A DNA stretch of 36,890 nucleotides, from positions 22,663,376-22,700,265 of the forward strand of contig NC_069005.1 of assembly GCF_001194135.2 (NCBI RefSeq), given 5' to 3'. The notes beneath the pieces were generated by a model, which had not been told where the DNA came from, made no database searches, and saw only the letters and a program-made list of their open reading frames with translations. Made by a program: the position numbers and the translations under genes. The DNA comes from Octopus bimaculoides (lineage: Eukaryota). Positions 10,200-22,811 of this stretch are shown in pieces. Every line of letters starts with the position of its first letter. The stretch's first letter is position 1.

Positions 10200-12700
10200 T
10201 CATCGTCCAAATGTCATCTTTATGATAGCGTGTTAGATCAAGTGTGTTAGTGCGTGTGTGCACGCGTCCACAAGTGTACACGCATATATAACTATTAGAA
10301 TAATGTCACTCTTCTTTTTGTATCATGGTGGAGAGAGCAGAATTAAATGAAGTACTAAGGTTGGGGAAAAAATGTGATAATGCTATCGTGCAAGACCTGC
10401 AAGAGGGCGGGTTCATCGTACCCAGATCAAAGAGTTTCCTGATATCTCAGAGTATGCTTGATCAAATGCGTAATTTGTATTATAACCCATCCCATGGGAT
10501 GTGAAAGACTAAAAAAAGTAAATCATAAAATTAACATCTATAGATTTCAAACGTTCGTAGATCGCTGCAAATTTTGTGGGTAGGGTGTATGATCGATTAA
10601 ATCGACCTCACTGCTTGACTCGCGCTATATTTTTATCCATCCTGGAAGGCTGAAGAACAAAAGTATTTGAACTCAAAATGTGAAGGGCCGTAACTCAATA
10701 CTGACACGATTTTATTCTTCCACTCCACTAACTTTTGTATCTCCTTATATAGACACGAAACTTCAGAAAATTTATTATGTAGGTGGTGTGGGAAAAATAA
10801 AGAAACGAGAGAAGTTGTGATACTTAAGCATTTCAAAAAGATACACATTAATCGTACTTTTGAAAAAAAAAATTACAACTGGAGGAAATGCTATGCGAAA
10901 CTGTACATCTCGGACAACGACTGCACTACGAATTTAATCTCTTCCTGTCTTATAGAAAGACAAGTCATATCTGAGAAACAAATAAAACTATGTGATAGTT
11001 ATCGTTCTTTTCTCCTTCATCCCTCCCTCTTGCCGCATGCTCTGCCTCTGTTTTTTTCATTTTCCTTTCATTCTTTTATCCTACTTCTCTCTCTCTCTCT
11101 CTTCGATTTTTTTCCTCCGCTTTATCTCTCCCATCTCACTCACACTCCATTTTCTCCATATCCAACTATCAAAACCAATCACTTTCACAAGCTCCACTCT
11201 CTCTCTTTCTACCCCACTCATTCACTCACGATCATTGCTCCTTTCTCTATGTTTAACTCCCTCTCTCTCTCTCTCTTACTATTCCCACTCTTCGCTCCAA
11301 CATTAAATAGTTGATGGTGGGAACGGGGTAAAAATATGTTTTGACGAATTCGTATTTTGGTTTCATCTTCGTTCTTTTTCGTAAACAAGCGAAAAACCTT
11401 TGAAAGACTCAACGTTAAACATCACGCTCATTTTCTCTCTCTTTCCATGTGTGTGTGTCAATTTGACAAAAGGTTGAAGAATAGGTCTGCCTGCCAGAAC
11501 GACACACAGGTAAATAATATAACGTGCGGAACTGCAGTCTGTCATATAAAGCTTTTTGATACGTTTCTTTTCACCATTTCTAACGCATACTGCAATATAG
11601 TGCATATATACATACCACATGCTTATATATATATATATATATATATATACATTTTCACGCAACTCTCGACATATATACATATATACACACAAACACACAT
11701 ACATGGACCAAATAAGTTATCTTTCCTTTAATTCTACTTCAACATTTTGATCTTTTTCTGATTTTCAACTTTCTTTTAATTTCTTGATTGTTTCAGTTTT
11801 TGTTTTAATTAAAATTTTCCCCAAAAATGTATTCAGTATTCCATCAACTATCAACTTTACTTCTTTGGTAAATCTTATTTTTCTTCTGTTTCCATCCATC
11901 GCTTCTTTCAAGCGAAACACAATCGTTCTGTTTGTTTGTAGGTCTTTACTTCGTTGTTTTTAGTTAGAATTTATAAATCATGAAATCGAGTCTTCGATCA
12001 ATAAACATTTCATTCCTAGCTTTGTCTCTATACATTGTAATTTAGAATCTAATACAGTTCCGCACTTCGCCCAAATCAATTACTTTTTGCTCGACACTTA
12101 ATTTCACTTTTTCGCACTTCCGCCTCTTTTTTTTCTTAACTTTTTCTTTTTTCTTAGTTTTCGTTCTGCGAAATAATATAATAATTAATTACAAAACTCA
12201 AGTTCGCTTGACCTGTAAGAACTAGTTACAAATCACAACTCTTTTAAAAAAATTCACTATACTTATGCTTGATCATTCACAGGAACAATCCTTAAGGTTA
12301 ATCAACATCTGAAGCACAACAAATAGAATGGATCAAGAATTTGCCAGATTTCTTTCTAGGTGTTCCTATGTTATACACAAAAAAGTAATTCTTTGTTGAG
12401 CACCTGTAACAGATCACATCTGCTGCTCCCTATCACAAGTTTCGGACTTCTGATCGATGTTAATAATCTGAAGTCTCGGCTATTGTACAGTTTTTTCTTC
12501 AACCTGAAGCATACTTTCATCTGAGCTAGCGATTTTTAGAGGAATTCTTATTTGCTTGTGAGCCGCCTTCATCTTTATCATTTCTTACTCTAAAATTATT
12601 TTCTTCTTAAGTTCCTATCTTTTCTATGTATAGCTATTATATATGAGTGTGAAACTGAAGCGAAAATATAAAACACGGAATTGTTTTGGTGAAAAGCGAA
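10200..12700. promoter_or_regulatory. Probable promoter / 5' end region (CpG-retaining, mostly unique sequence)
   Basis: CG dinucleotides look more frequent than in the flanks (judged by eye, not counted), interspersed repeats are sparse, there is a CT-rich tract at about 11000-11280, and the region lies upstream of an ATG exon that begins with a splice acceptor. Confidence 0.45.
11400..11509 (+). other. Candidate non-coding first exon of AP4S1 (5' boundary approximate)
   Basis: Donor-like CAG|GTAAAT at 11510 within the CpG-retaining region. An upstream UTR exon is implied by the acceptor at 17531, but this specific pairing is unproven. Confidence 0.3.
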
Positions 12701-13741
12701 ACTTTGATGAGGAGGGGAAAAATTATATTTTCACTGCAGTTTTGTTGTTGGAATATTTGAATTACTTATTGTGTAACCAGATGTCCTCTCTTTCTTAATT
12801 TATTTTAGTCGTGGTCACTTTTCCTTAACCTCACTTAAACTACGAAGCCATCATGTTAACCCTCAGGTCAGGCCTAATCGAACTGACCAATGATCAAGTG
12901 TTTTCCAGCTGTGACCATCTCCGTCTTTCCCCTGTGGACAGCGAATCCAAGATCACAATATCTAATGTGTCCTTTAAAAAAAAAAAATGCTGGTGATATT
13001 CTGATTTGAGAGAAATTTGGCTACTATTACCAGCAGGCGAGACGATCATATTCTTTCACTATAGAGAGCACACAATGACAGTGCATGCTGTAATGGTGCA
13101 ACATTGTACATAATGTGTAGCAATAATACAACAATAACAGAAATATGGTGAAGGAAATTTAAACAACATAAATGTGAGAGACCCTGATGAATTCCTCAGG
13201 GTTGTTGTTGTTTAACCTAGCTCAGCCCCTATCCAGCAGGCTTATGGTGAAAGGTGTTCTGGCTGCAGTGACAATCTTTTTTTTCCTTCAGGCATAAAGA
13301 ATCGTAGACTTGTTGTTTGGGAAAGAAATTTGGTTTCTATTTTAGTAGGTCAAGTATCTCTATAAATTCTCCTTCCTCCATTAGCTTGTTTAATGATTGT
13401 TTCTTACCTTTGGATTCATTGGTGTTATGAAGATGAGAGATAAGTTTTCTCTTGAATAAGTTTTCCATTGAGATTTGTGATTAAATTAACGAGTAAGGTT
13501 AATATCTATAATGAATTTGCCATTTTTGATGGGTGTACAGTGCACACCCAACACACCTGGAATATACACCCCTGAGTCACACGAAACCTGACACTTATTC
13601 TTAGAGCTAGATTAAGTTTTTATAGGTCCCTTAGGCTACAAATACTATGAAGCCTCTATATTTTCAAAAAATTTTCACTTAATTTCTGGAAGTCCTCTAG
13701 CTGGTAGTCGTTTTTGGGTCACAGCTCCTAAATCCCATAGC

Positions 13742-13945
13742 TTAACCCATTAATATTTAAACTGGCCATATCTGATCAAAATATTCTACCTGATCTCTCG
13801 CACCTACCCTACAATTTTATTCTAAAAAATAATCAATCACATCCAGTGAATTCCTAAAGCCACAAGGTAATGCACAATAAATTCAATCCATTGTGAATAA
13901 ATAAACATTGCATTTGACAGAATAATCCGAACACTAAAGGGTTGA
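13742..13945. mobile_element. piggyBac-like MITE (TTAA-CCC...GGG-TTRA); related copies at about 32265-32481, 25490-25620 and 2345-2440
   Basis: Begins TTAACCCATTAA and ends CTAAAGGGTTGA; the 32265 copy ends GCTAAAAGGGTTAA; the internal sequence is shared among copies. Confidence 0.55.
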
Positions 13946-14789
13946 TCCAGTACTGCCTTTGAACTTGGGCATGCGGAATTAAGTATAATACTCAAAATTA
14001 AGCAAAAAAGCGCGAGTGAAATGAAACCTAACTGCCAAGAGCTTGTAACTGATAGCTTTGTCCTCTGAGCTGTTTCATTTACCTGGAGTTAGGATTAGAA
14101 CTACAAATAATCAATCGAGAGTGGATAGAGATAGCTAAATGGATTGATAGAGTATCAAAAAACATAAAAGAAACATTGTCACTACATATATCTTGAAAAC
14201 ATTATTGCATCTCAATGCATTTAAACATAAGTAGCTTACAATTAGAGCTTTTTGTCACCATCATCATCATCATCATTGTCATCATCATCAATAGTTAATT
14301 TCCATGCTGGCATGGGTTGGATGGATTGACAGGAATTGGTGAGGCCAGTGGCTGCACCAGGTTCCATAATCTGTTTTGGTTTGGTTTCTACAGCTGTTCT
14401 TCCAAACGCCAACCATTTTACAGAGTGTACTGGGTGGCTTTTATTTGGCACCATCATCAGTTCTTCATTCTTCTTCTTTTAATAATATAAATATACCCTG
14501 AAGTTGAAGTTGAGTGGCCCTCATGCTAGTGGCACGTAACAAGCACCCACTACACTCTTGGAGTGGTTGGCATTAGGAATGGCATCCAGCTGTAGAAACC
14601 TTGCCAGATCAGATTGGAGCCTGGTGCAGCCTTCTGGCTTGCCAGTCCTCAGTCAAACTATCCAACCCATGCCAGAATCGAAAGCAGACGTTGAATGATG
14701 ATGATGATGAAGTAAATTATATTTCTTAGTTAACTTCAGACACTCATTTGTTTCTTTCATGCCTGTTTGTATCCATCTACCATGGGTTG

Positions 14790-15345
14790 GTGGGAGACTT
14801 CTTTAAGACTACAAAAACTGCCTTTCACTCTGAGGGAGAGGCGCTTAGTTATCAACAAAGGTAGAAGCTCTTTGAACTTTGCCCAGCCTGTTCTTATTTT
14901 AGCAACCACACTTTCAGAACTCCCTCCACCACTGCTAACTTGGTCTCCTAGGTAACAAAAGCTATCTACTGTTTCTAATGATCCCCCCGAGCACTTGAGG
15001 GGGTCTGTTGTCTGTGCATTTTTAGTGCTTATTGTACCTGTACATTTACCACACACACAAAGACTATATTCTCTGTTAACTTCCCTGTGATACAGTTACA
15101 ACTCTTATATGTCTATAGCTTGCACTGGGTACAACATATAGAGTTTTTAACAACACCCTTCTTACATATTGAGCAGGGCCATCTCCCAGAAGGGACTTAT
15201 GATTTGTCTAGGTCAGGTAGTGATTCAGCTATAAGAACAAGGCTATCAGTGTAGAGGAGCTCCCAGGGACAGCCAGTCATCTATAAATTCACAGTTCCTC
15301 TATAAAGGCCTAAGATAAACAAGAGAGGGCTGGGAAATGAGCCTT
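14790..15345 (-). mobile_element. RTE-like LINE RT fragment (same family as 22036-22618)
   Basis: GSFPSPLLFI, GCPWELLYTDS (decayed YADD), WPCSICKKGV..CTQCKL..CGKC, VDSFCYLGDQVS, GWAKFKELLPLL. Confidence 0.88.
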
Positions 15346-15383
15346 GGTGTGTGTGTGTGTGTGTATATATATATGTATATATA

Positions 15384-15612
15384 TTCTTTTACTTGTTTCA
15401 GTCATTTCACTGCGGCCATGCTGGAGCACTGCCTTTAGTCGAGCAAATCTACCCTAGGACTTATTCTTTGTAAGCCTAGTACTTATTCTATCGGTCTGTT
15501 TTGCCAAACCGCTAAGTTACGGGGACGTAAACACACCAGCATCGGTTGTCAAGCGATGCTGGGGGGACAAACACAGACACACAAACATATACACACACAT
15601 ACATATATATAT

Positions 15613-15647
<35 letters not shown>

Positions 15648-15692
15648 CATACATATATATGGCGGGCTTCTTTCAGTTTCCATCTACCAAAT
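15384..15692 (-). mobile_element. SINE family C; further copies at about 17239-17413 (-), 17829-18000 and 18560-18770 (+), 28945-29270 (-), 31345-31523 (-), 35545-36055 (-)
   Basis: Shared blocks cagtcatt..actgcggccatgctgg, gctaagttacggggacgtaaacac and ttctttcagtttcc.tctaccaaat recur in all copies. Confidence 0.8.
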
Positions 15693-15948
15693 NNNNNNNN
15701 NNNNNNNNNNNNNNNNNNNNNNNNNNNNNNNNNNNNNNNNNNNNNNNNNNNNNNNNNNNNNNNNNNNNNNNNNNNNNNNNNNNNNNNNNNNNNNNNNNNN
15801 NNNNNNNNNNNNNNNNNNNNNNNNNNNNNNNNNNNNNNNNNNNNNNNNNNNNNNNNNNNNNNNNNNNNNNNNNNNNNNNNNNNNNNNNNNNNNNNNNNNN
15901 NNNNNNNNNNNNNNNNNNNNNNNNNNNNNNNNNNNNNNNNNNNNNNNN

Positions 15949-15981
<33 letters not shown>

Positions 15982-16009
15982 AAAGCTGATGATGATGATG
16001 ATGATTCCT

Positions 16010-16325
16010 AGTGTTTAATGTACCTGCACCTCTGCCACATGTAAAGATTACTTCCTCTGTTAGTCTTCCAGTGATACCACTACACCACTTACGTATCCAT
16101 AGCTTGCACTGAGTACACTGTATGCAGTTTCTCCCAACACCTTTTCTACATATTGAGCAGAGCCATCTACCTGAAGGGATCTGTGTTCTACCTGTTTTCC
16201 TGCCTTTCAAGACTTTGGTCTTTACTAAATTAGCTCTAAGGCCCTTTGATTCCAGTCCATGTTCCCATACTTAAAATTTCTTCTCTAGTTCTAGTAGTGA
16301 TTCAGCAATAAGAACAAGGTCATTG
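16010..16325 (-). mobile_element. RTE-like LINE RT fragment (same family)
   Basis: LVLIAESL..LESKGL, WLCSICRKGVGRNCIQCTQCKLWIRKWCSG..TCGRG. Confidence 0.85.
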
Positions 16326-16657
16326 GTAATATATATATATATATTTATTTATTTAATGTATGTGTATGAGTGTGTGTCTATGTGTATGTGTACACTCTCA
16401 AGACCAATTATGTAATTGTTACTTAAGTGTTAACATATTCACTGCAAGGAGCATTGAAAGGCCAACTATAAATAATTATAATAACCATAATGTAAAACGT
16501 AAAATAGTTGCAAATATTGTAAACATCCACTAAGATGATAAGGTTAATTATTTGGAAAATATATAATCTACATAACAATCTGACATGTTACTCATTTTAA
16601 CAGCTGTGGGGCATTGTTGTAAGGTTATAACCTTAATGGAATTTATAATCTTATCAA

Positions 16658-16770
16658 TACAAGGAGGTACTGAAAAGTTCCCGGCTTAGGATAAAAGAAA
16701 ACACAGGAGGTTTTATTCAACATATTCCCCTCTCAGGTTCATACATTTATTGCAGTGGTCCTTTCAATTT
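16658..16770 (-). mobile_element. Short mariner-like terminal fragment
   Basis: tacaaggaggtactgaaaagttcc resembles the TIR of the 19118 element; reverse complement encodes a mariner-like C-terminal ...LRGEYVE*. Confidence 0.5.
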
Positions 16771-17541
16771 GGGGACAAACACACACACACACATAAACAT
16801 ATACTTATATATATATATNNNNNNNNNNNNNNNNNNNNNNNNNNNNNNNNNNNNNNNNNNNNNNNNNNNNNNNNNNNNNNNNNNNNNNNNNNNNNNNNNN
16901 NNNNNNNNNNNNNNNNNNNNNNNNNNNNNNNNNNNNNNNNNNNNNNNNNNNNNNNNNNNNNNNNNNNNNNNNNNNNNNNNNNNNNNNCATCATCATCATC
17001 ATCGTTTAACGTCCGCTTTCCATGCTAGCATAGGTTGGACGATTTGACTGAGGACTGGTGAAACCAGATGGCAACACCAGGCTCCAATCTGATTTGGCAG
17101 AGTTTCTACAGCAGGATGCCCTTCCTAACACTAACCACTCAGAGAGTGTAGTGGGTGCTTTTACGTGTCACCCGCATGAAGGCCAGTCAGGCGGTACTGG
17201 CAACGGCCACGCTCAAAATGGTGTATTTTATGTGCCATGGGCTTCTTCCAGTTTCTGTCTACCAAATCCACTTACAAGACTTTGGTTGGCCCAAGGCTCT
17301 AGTAGAAGACACTTACCCAAAGTGCCGTGCAGGACTGAACATGGTTCCAGGACTGAACCTGAAACTATGTGTTTGGGAAGCAAGCTTCTTACCACACAGC
17401 CATGCCTGCACCTATTATGCGTGCGCATGCATGCACCCACACACACACACACAATGTTAATTTGTTCTTAGGTTGTAACTGCAATGGAATTTCTTGTTTA
17501 TTTTTCTTTGCCTTTTCTTTTTGTTTTGCAGAATCTCCAAA

Positions 17542-17679
17542 ATGCTGAAATTTTTGTTGATTATCAATAAAGCCGGCCGCCTTCGTCTTTCTCATTACTT
17601 TGAGCATCACTTACAAGAGGATAGATCTGCCATGGAACGAGACATTGTACGGCACTGTTTAGCTTCTGACGATAAACAG
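17542..17679 (+). CDS. AP4S1: AP-4 sigma subunit, coding exon 1 (aa 1-46)
   Basis: Pyrimidine tract and acceptor ttttgcag ending 17531, 10 nt of UTR, ATG at 17542, MLKFLLIINKAGRLRLSHYF...CLASDDKQ, donor CAG|GTAACA at 17680. Confidence 0.93.
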
Positions 17680-17993
17680 GTAACAACATTCTAGAACAGT
17701 TTTCCCCCACCGATTTTCCACCAGGCCAAACTATAACTTTCCAGAAAAATGTGTGTCCCACTGGTGCTTGGAAGGAAAAACATTATTTTTAATATTTTAT
17801 AATTATATACTTTCCTTAAAGAAATATTCAGGTGTGGCTGTGTAGTAATGTAGTAAGAAGCTTGCTTCCCAACCATATGGTTCTGGGTTCAGTCCTGCAG
17901 CGTGGCACTTTGGGAAGGTGTCTTCTACTATAATCTCAGGCTGACCAAAGCCTTGTGAGTGGATTTGGTAGACAGGAACTGAAAGAAGCCTGT

Positions 17994-18043
<50 letters not shown>

Positions 18044-19117
18044 TGTATTTATTCTATTCTAATAAATAATAATTCTGATAGAATAAATGGGTTAATAGAA
18101 ACCAAGGTAGCAAAGATCACAAAATAACTGTGGTGTAATTCCTGTTGGTGAGGCAGAAACTCCTTGATATTTTGGGTATTTGAGTATATTTAAAAATTTA
18201 AGGAATGGAGAAAACGCATGTTATAACTGCANNNNNNNNNNATATATATATATAATTAAATGTATTTATTCTATTCTAATAAATAATAATTCTGATAGAA
18301 TAAATGGGTTAATAGAAACCAAGGTAGCAAAGATCACAAAATAACTGTGGTGTAATTCCTGTTGGTGAGGCAGAAACTCCTTGATATTTTGGGTATTTGA
18401 GTATATTTAAAAATTTAAGGAATGGAGAAAACGCATGTTATAACTGCATATATATATTTATATATACATATATATACACACATATATACTTTATTCTCTT
18501 TTTGTTTTTTATCCATTTTTGAATTGTTTGTTCATTGAATTGACTATATATATATATGTGTGTGTGTGTTCATCCCCCATCACCATTTGACAACCGCTGT
18601 TGGTGCATTTACATCCCTGTAACTTAGCAGCTCTGCAAAAGAGGCCGACAGAATAAGTACCAGGCTTAGCAAAAAAATCAAGTACTGGAGTTGATTCATT
18701 CGACTAAAAATTCTCCAAGATGGTGCTCCAGCATGACCACAGTCTAATGACTATAACAAGAGATAAATGATGACAGGTAAAAGACTAGGGCATTAGAATT
18801 GTGCAGTACAGTGTGTTTGGTTGGTGGGATTGGTTTCACTAGGCTTAGTATAGGTGTAGTATGTTTGCCATGAAAAAAGGTTTCCACAATTCCATGTCAT
18901 CATCATCGTTTAACGTCCGCTTTCCATGCTAGCATGGGTTGGATGGTTTGACTGAGGACGGTGGTGGTGGTGGTTGTTGTTGTTGTTGTTTTAATAAAAT
19001 AAAGTATCAGACAAGTATGTTTGTAGGAATGGTTGTGTGAGCAAGTGATTTCTAACATAGAGTCTTGGATGGAACAGTGCTTTGTGGGTGGAATTTAGTA
19101 AGTGGAAATGTCATGTA

Positions 19118-20249
19118 CAATGATGGGCTGAAAAGTTGAAAGGCTGGCTACGAAGATGTGATGCTAGAGCTGTAAAATCTTGCATGCATTAATTTCAACT
19201 CTTTTTATTAATAACTGCATTGTTTCTTTCCACATAAACTGACATCTGACTGTTCAAAGAAGACTTCAAAAATACCAGCTTAATCAATAGTCCACAAGTG
19301 AGCAGCTGAATTTTTGGAGGAAAGGGAGAGTTTTGAAGATGACCTAAGGTCTGGATGTCACCACCAAGAAAAATATTGATTGTGTTTTACCATGCAATAT
19401 GTTGATTGACCATGACTATAAATCAAATAGCCAATGCTATTAACATATCTCTTGAGAGAGTTGAGAATATTCTGCACAATGAACTTGGCATGATGATGTT
19501 TCTGGTTGGTGGTTGCCATGTCCTCTGACACCTGATCAAAAGTGCACCAGGCTGATCACATCAAGGGAATATCTGACATTGTTTGAAGCAGATCCAGCTG
19601 GTTTCCTTGGACAGTTCTTAACCCAGGATGAGTGTTGGCTTCATCTCTTTAAGCCAGAGACAAAAAGATGCTCCATGCAGTGGAAACACTCCTCCTCACC
19701 TGTTGCAAAGAAAGCCAAGGTTGTTTCATCTGCAGGGAAGGTGATGGCTTCAGTTTTTTAGGATGCAAAAAGCTTTGTGTCTATCAAAGGGTGACATCAT
19801 CTATGGAATGTACTATGCTAACTTGCTGAGGCAGTTACAAAAGGCTATCAAGACCAAACACTCAGGAAAACTGTTGAAAGGTGTCTTGTTTTAACAGGAC
19901 AATGCTCCAGCACACAAGTCCTTGGTTTCAATGGCTGCTGTGCTTGACTGTGGCTTGGGATGGTTGATCACCCTCTCTCTTTTCCTGATTTGACCACATC
20001 TGACTATCATCTGTTCTTTAACATGAAAAAAATACTTGGTTGGTAACCTGTATTGCAGTGATGATGACGTCATATCTGCTATTGGTGACTTTTTTGAGCA
20101 ATAGGATGAAAGCTTCCTCACCAATGGGATCCAAATACTGCAACACCAATGGAAGAAGTGTGTGGACTGCAAAGGGGACGATGCTGAAAAATAAACCTTG
20201 GTCACATTCCACGAGTGTATCTATGAATTTTACAGCCGACCCTTTTGTG
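19118..20249 (+). mobile_element. Near full-length degenerate mariner transposon (in AP4S1 intron)
   Basis: TQDECWLHLFKPETKRCSMQWKH (first D), GKVMASVF*D, QDNAPAH, and PDLTTSDYHLF (YSPDLAPSD-like); D34D spacing after correcting one frameshift. Multiple stops; degenerate TIRs (gggctgaaaagtt / aattttacagccgaccc). Confidence 0.9.
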
Positions 20250-20298
20250 CGTGTGTATAAATATGTATGGACATATATATATCATATAAACATGTTGT

Positions 20299-20411
<113 letters not shown>

Positions 20412-20724
20412 ACCCTAATAATTTTTACTTATCTTCATAGTTCAAAGAAAGTTAAGAAATGCATAACTTTATTTGCCCTGGTTAGCCATCATATCTAAAT
20501 ACAAACAGGTCACCTACTTCCTACCTTCACAGTTCAGTGGTTAATGGTTAGAGGGAAAATTTACCCAGTTGTGTGTTGATGATTGATCTAACAAACACAC
20601 CTTTGTCCCACCTGTGGAGGCATGGGAAAATAGTTGTAAAACATACAGAGAGAAAAAAAAATGTTCTTATTGATGATCTTTGTGTCAGTGTGTATGTGTG
20701 TGTGTGAGTATATATTTTTATATG

Positions 20725-20761
<37 letters not shown>

Positions 20762-21740
20762 TTGTACACATCCATACACATAAACATGCTCATACATAAT
20801 GCAAATACAAATGTGTGAGTGCAAACATATACACAAAAGGTCATATACTCAAGTCAGCAAACTAAAATAAAATATACCTTTATGTAAATATGTTGAATGG
20901 ACTGAGGTGTTTGGCAATATGAAGTTCTAGAGAAGACCCGCCCACATCAGCGAAACTTAGTGCTAGAAGAGTTGTGTCTCACACATATGTAACAAGAAAC
21001 TTTTCATACACCCTACCCCAAGAAACTGAGCTACATCTCTTGTAAACAGCATCTTTCTCTTCCTCACATTTCCTCTTCATAAACTATGATTGTCTTCCAG
21101 CTGTAAAAACCATGCCAAAACTAACCTTGCCTGTGCTAGTGCCATGTAAAAAGCACTGAGTCCACTCTGCAGAGTGGTTGGTGTTAGGAAGGGTATCCAA
21201 TCATAAAACCCTGCCAAAACAGTACAGTAGCATAAGGTAGTTTTTATACTGGGTTAGCTTCTGTGAACTGTCTTACTCATGCATGCATGGAAGATGGATG
21301 TTAAGCAATGATGATGATGATGTAGAAAGAGAACACAATTTTCTAGCCTTAAAACATGTTTATTTATCATCATTTTATGTCTGTTCTCCATGCTGGTATA
21401 GGTAGGACAGTTCAACAGGATTCAATGGTTGGAGGATTACATCTTGATTCAATCTAATTTTTTTACATTTTCATCATGGTTTTGATGGGCCTTCCTTCAA
21501 TGGTCCTTCCTAATAGCAACCATACCATTTCACTGAGTGTACTGGATGCAATTTTTCATGGCACTGACACTATAGGGGTTGCTTTGCCATTAGCAAAGCC
21601 AAAAAATTCCTTCAAACCCTGCATTGTTTTTGTTTGAATTGATTGCTAATCAGTTACAGTGTGTTTTGAGTTTTTTTTTTTTTTTGCACCAGCACTATTG
21701 GAGGTCACCTTGCAGCTTGCAAAGTCAAAGCAAGTACCCT

Positions 21741-22030
21741 TCATGAGTAGTAGTAGGTATCCATCGGTCTTGAGATGTCATGGATCTGTCCCTAAAGAAA
21801 TCGTGTCAGCTGCTGATGGTGGTGCAGCATCTGTTGTGGCTGCACAGGCCCACATGGGAGTGGCAGTCATGCATACAGCGACTGCATTTGAAGGAGCTCT
21901 CTGCTGGCGCTACTGGTTTTTCCTTCTGTCGAGTGCACTTTTCTTTGGTGGCGAGTTCCTGTTTTGTTTTCGGGTAGAACAGGCTTATTGTTGTGGGAGA
22001 TTTGTATCTTTTATCTTTTACTTGTTTCAA
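21741..22030 (-). mobile_element. 3' end of a different RTE (BovB-like) LINE
   Basis: FKCSRCMHDCHSHVGLCSHNRCC C-terminal zinc finger, short 3'UTR and (TAC)n tail. Confidence 0.7.
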
Positions 22031-22035
22031 TCATT

Positions 22036-22618
22036 AGCCCATGTCTCACTATCAAGGAGTATAGCCGTTTGCACACAAGCATCATACAGCCTATCTTTCA
22101 CTCTGAGAAATAGTCCTTTTGTTGCCAACAGAGGTAATAACTCTCTGAACTTCCTCCACCCAATTCTTATTCTAGAAACAATACTTTCAGAGCATCTGCC
22201 ACCATTGCTAATTTGGTCATCTAGGTAACGGAAACTATCTACAATGGCAAGAGAGGCTCCTGGACATTTGAGAGAATCTAAGTCGCATGTGCTCTTAGTG
22301 CTTATTATTCCAGCACATCTGCCACATATATAGACAACTTTATCTGTTAATCTACTTGTGATTCCACTGCACCTCTTGTGTGTCCATAGTTTACACTGGG
22401 TACAGCGAATGGAATTTCTTCCAACTCCTTTCTCATATATTGAACAGGGCCATTTACCTGACGGAAAGAGAGTTTTATCCTCTTTCTTACTAACAACTTT
22501 GGTCTTTGCTTGGGTAACTTTAAGGCCCTTTGATTCAAGGTTTTGTTTCCGTACCTGGAATTTCTTCTCCAATACTGCTAAAGATTCTGCAATAAGAGCA
22601 AGGTCATCAGCATATAAG
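22036..22618 (-). mobile_element. RTE-like LINE reverse transcriptase fragment with internal Cys/His finger
   Basis: YADD at 22614-22603, then LESKGLKV..KTKV, the Cys-rich block (22446-22315), VDSFRYL, RIRIGWRKFRELLPLL and YDACVQTAILLDSETW. Confidence 0.9.
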
Positions 22619-22811
22619 CAAAGTCTTATTAGGGTCACTGTTATACTATCAGTGTTATTCATTTCCAAGATTCTGCAAAAACATATCTGACGATAGGGGA
22701 CTATCTTACTCGGAAGTAAATGAGTGTTAATGACAGGGAGAGTAACTGGACATAGAAAATCTGCATGGAAAAGAATTTCATCCACTCCATGAACTGGCTT
22801 AGTTACGATGA

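Noticed and set aside
1-11412. A divergent partner gene such as striatin (STRN3 is head-to-head with AP4S1 in human, from memory)
   Set aside because: No striatin-like or other host-protein exon recognised on the minus strand in this window.
12260-12585. Minus-strand frame with weak MULE-transposase-like words (CDREQ...LC...HLERNL)
   Set aside because: Four stops, poor spacing and no TIRs identified; resemblance too weak without a profile search.
12821-12846. Perfect U12 branch consensus TTCCTTAAC on the + strand
   Set aside because: No RTATCCTT donor seen upstream and no exon evidence downstream; treated as chance.
18036-18448. Exact duplication of about 200 bp (18036-18231 and about 18253-18448)
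   Set aside because: Identical copies sit on either side of a 10-N gap next to a (TA)n run; almost certainly an unmerged contig overlap.
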